Assembly (NCBI GenBank): GCA_004764695.1
Contig: SMSO01000033.1
Location: 1,426,001-1,490,000 of the forward strand
DNA length: 64,000 bases
DNA from: Schizochytrium sp. TIO01
Lineage: Eukaryota > Protista > Bigyra: Labyrinthulomycetes
Reading direction: 5' to 3'
A program made the position numbers and the translations under genes. This document shows positions 61,701-64,000 of this stretch, piece after piece. Numbering within the stretch: position 1 is the stretch's first letter; each line of letters begins with the position of its first letter. Under the pieces are notes generated by a model. It did no database searches, had not been told where the DNA came from, and saw nothing but the letters and a program-made list of their open reading frames with translations.

Positions 61701-62971
61701 CGGAACGATCGAGCCTATGGAACGAGTGGGCTCATCAGTCAGAGTTGCTATTTGGCAAATCCAGCTTGAGAGCAAGTGAAGAAATTCAACATCTTAGCAT
61801 GTGAAATGAAGTAATGCTGACCCAGTGAAGCCTTTCCAAGCTGTGATAATTCGCAGATCGATCTCAGTACGTTCTCAACCAGACTGTACACCTCCTAGAA
61901 GCACCATGCTTCTTTCCAGCAACGATGCATTGCCCCTCACCACCTCCTCCACGAGACCCTTCAAAGGCAAGCCTAGTACATTGCTCGTTGTCCTCTTGGA
62001 CGCAGCGAAGAAATTTCTTTTCCTCTAAAGTGCGTACTCTCGCTAATTTTCCCATATCGTCACCAAGTTCTCACCTCCTCTGGCTTCATCCTGCATATCG
62101 CAAAAGTGCCGCTGAGATGCATTCCTGGCTTGGTGCCGCAGCCCCATCCTTTCCGCAAGCTCTCCTTACAGGTTCCCTTCTGCATTCTGTACATTAAGCT
62201 CTGAGCCCTCCCAACAACGAATGGCTCGCCACAACTAAGAGCAGCACCTCGCCACAACCTTTGTAACGTAACGGCTCCTCATCCGTGTCGTGTAATGGCG
62301 AATCCCATCTCATTATGAGCGACGTAGCATACATGAATAAATGAATCAGCCAGCTCCTGTCTTGAGAGCGATTTTGCACAGCTCAGTCGCCTCGCAGCAG
62401 GCAAACCCCAAACTCCGTGTGGGATTCCCTCACTCGACCCCACGCTCGCCAGACAGCAAACAACTCCTTTCCAAAGCCGCCATCGAAACTGACATCCATC
62501 GTCGCCAACAAACATCAAACAAACAAACAAACAAACACCATTTGCAACAAGCGCCACCTCGATTGTTTTCGGTCGGCGTCGCTAGCGCTCCATAGCTAAC
62601 TCCTACCGCCTCCGCCGACCACCACTGAAGCTGCTGCTGCTTGCTTCCAGCCTCTCCGCGCCACTAATCCGCGCCGGGGTGTCGGTGCTTCGTGGGACTT
62701 GACTCCGAGCTGTGCCTGGAGGCCCTTCGTTCACCAGCTCAGCGTCTTCTTGCGCCGCCAGCCAGAACACCGCCCCGTGCCGTGCCGACTCCTGCGTGCG
62801 GGAAGTGCGCCTAGAGACCTACCCCCTCCTCAGCCATTCGCTCGGAGCCTTCGTCACTGATCCCAAGTGCTCGCACGCGCTTTTGCGGCGCGGTTCTGCG
62901 CCGGTTCTGCAAACGTTCCTCCCCGGCACGGACGGCTGCCCGGAGACCGTAGTAGTGAGTGCTAGCTATCG

Positions 62972-63002
62972 AGCAAGCAAGCAAGCAAGCAAGCAAACAA
63001 GC
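62972..63002. repeat. (AGCA)n microsatellite
   Basis: agcaagcaagcaagcaagcaagcaaacaagc. Confidence 0.9.
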
Positions 63003-63619
63003 GAATACATTTGCACTCCGGGTTGATTACTTGCACATCCATCTGTCGCGGTGGAGCGTGAGAGGGAAGGAATTCCACCTCCGCTACCGACTGCTAGGCC
63101 TCTTCTAGCTTAGACTGCTGGTTACACTCAGCAATTACACTGCCTACTACCTACTGCTGGTAGTGAGTGTGCCTTCTTGGCTGTAAGTAGTGGTAGCTCT
63201 TATCTTATCCTATACTACTGAGTACAGTCGCCGCCTTCAGAGGGTAATAGCCGCAGCAGTTCTCCATTGGCGGACTCCGCTCTCTCCTAGGCTTGTGACA
63301 CGGTCTTCGACAGGGCGTAGACAAGGTCAAGACTTGGTCGTGACCAAATCCAGATCTCCAACTGAACGCGAAGCTTGAGTGCAAAGGAGTTTAGGCAAAG
63401 TGGTACTGCGTGCGAACCACGAAAACTTGCTGCACCCTCGCTGAGCAAAAGGTAGAGGCACCCTTGCCTTGAAGCTACCGACTGTCCGTCTATACACCTT
63501 ACAAACCCAGCTTCTTCGTAACTTCCGGAGGTGTGACCAACCAATCTGCAAAGAGAAGCAGAAATCACTTTGGGCTTGCTGCGTTGGCATTGAACAAGAA
63601 GTAAAACAGGATTTGCAAG

Positions 63620-64000
63620 ATGACCGCAGTTCTTGGACAACACTACGAGGCGAAGATGAAGGCGTGCCTTCGCTACGATGATGAGGGCGATGACCTTGCC
63701 CAGGTTCTTGCTGTGCGCATGGAGTCTCTCTGCACACTTTGCCCCGACTTCTTGCTTGCAGCTGTCCTTGAAGGCGTGCTGGGTGAGATTGTCATGGACC
63801 TTTCAGAGGATCGCCTCGAGGAGGTCACTCGCCGCCTCAAAAACAGCCACAAGCCCGCAAACGCGGCAGGATTCCGTATCGGCATGAAGGTCCTTGAGGA
63901 TTGTGTCGAAGAGGGTCCCAAGGTCTTCTTCAAGCGCCTCTCAGCCATGTCCGCCGCCGACATGGCTCTCTGGCGTGGCGACCTGGAGAACCTCTCTTTG
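63620..64000 (+). CDS. 5' part of an unidentified protein (runs off window; absent from the ORF track)
   Basis: ATG 63620 opens 127 stop-free codons (MTAVLGQHYEAKMKACLRYDDEGDDLAQVLAVRMESLCTLCPDFLLAAVLEG...) with the C/T-ending codon bias seen in GlyRS and CPOX. Confidence 0.8.
   Translation, partial: MTAVLGQHYEAKMKACLRYDDEGDDLAQVLAVRMESLCTLCPDFLLAAVLEGVLGEIVMDLSEDRLEEVTRRLKNSHKPANAAGFRIGMKVLEDCVEEGPKVFFKRLSAMSAADMALWRGDLENLSL

Overview
Eukaryotic, intron-poor genomic DNA with compact genes separated by AT-rich, microsatellite-laden spacers. Gene content and style suggest a stramenopile protist, probably a thraustochytrid (inference, not proven). Genes in order: 3' end of DDI1; a VWA/mucin-stalk/XK-like membrane protein; a putative transcription factor with a divergent CG-1-like domain plus PAS; two paralogous RING proteins with a duplicated uncharacterised domain flanking a ZIP transporter; BioF; a ~3,680-aa BEACH protein; malonyl-CoA:ACP transacylase; VPS18; glycyl-tRNA synthetase (one intron); coproporphyrinogen oxidase; and the 5' part of an unknown gene. 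Four genes are broken by five clear single-base frameshifts, and MCAT may carry a sixth. These are most likely consensus indel errors, but recoding cannot be excluded from sequence alone. Decayed hAT-like transposase relics sit next to microsatellites. All domain calls are from motif recognition by eye; no searches were run.
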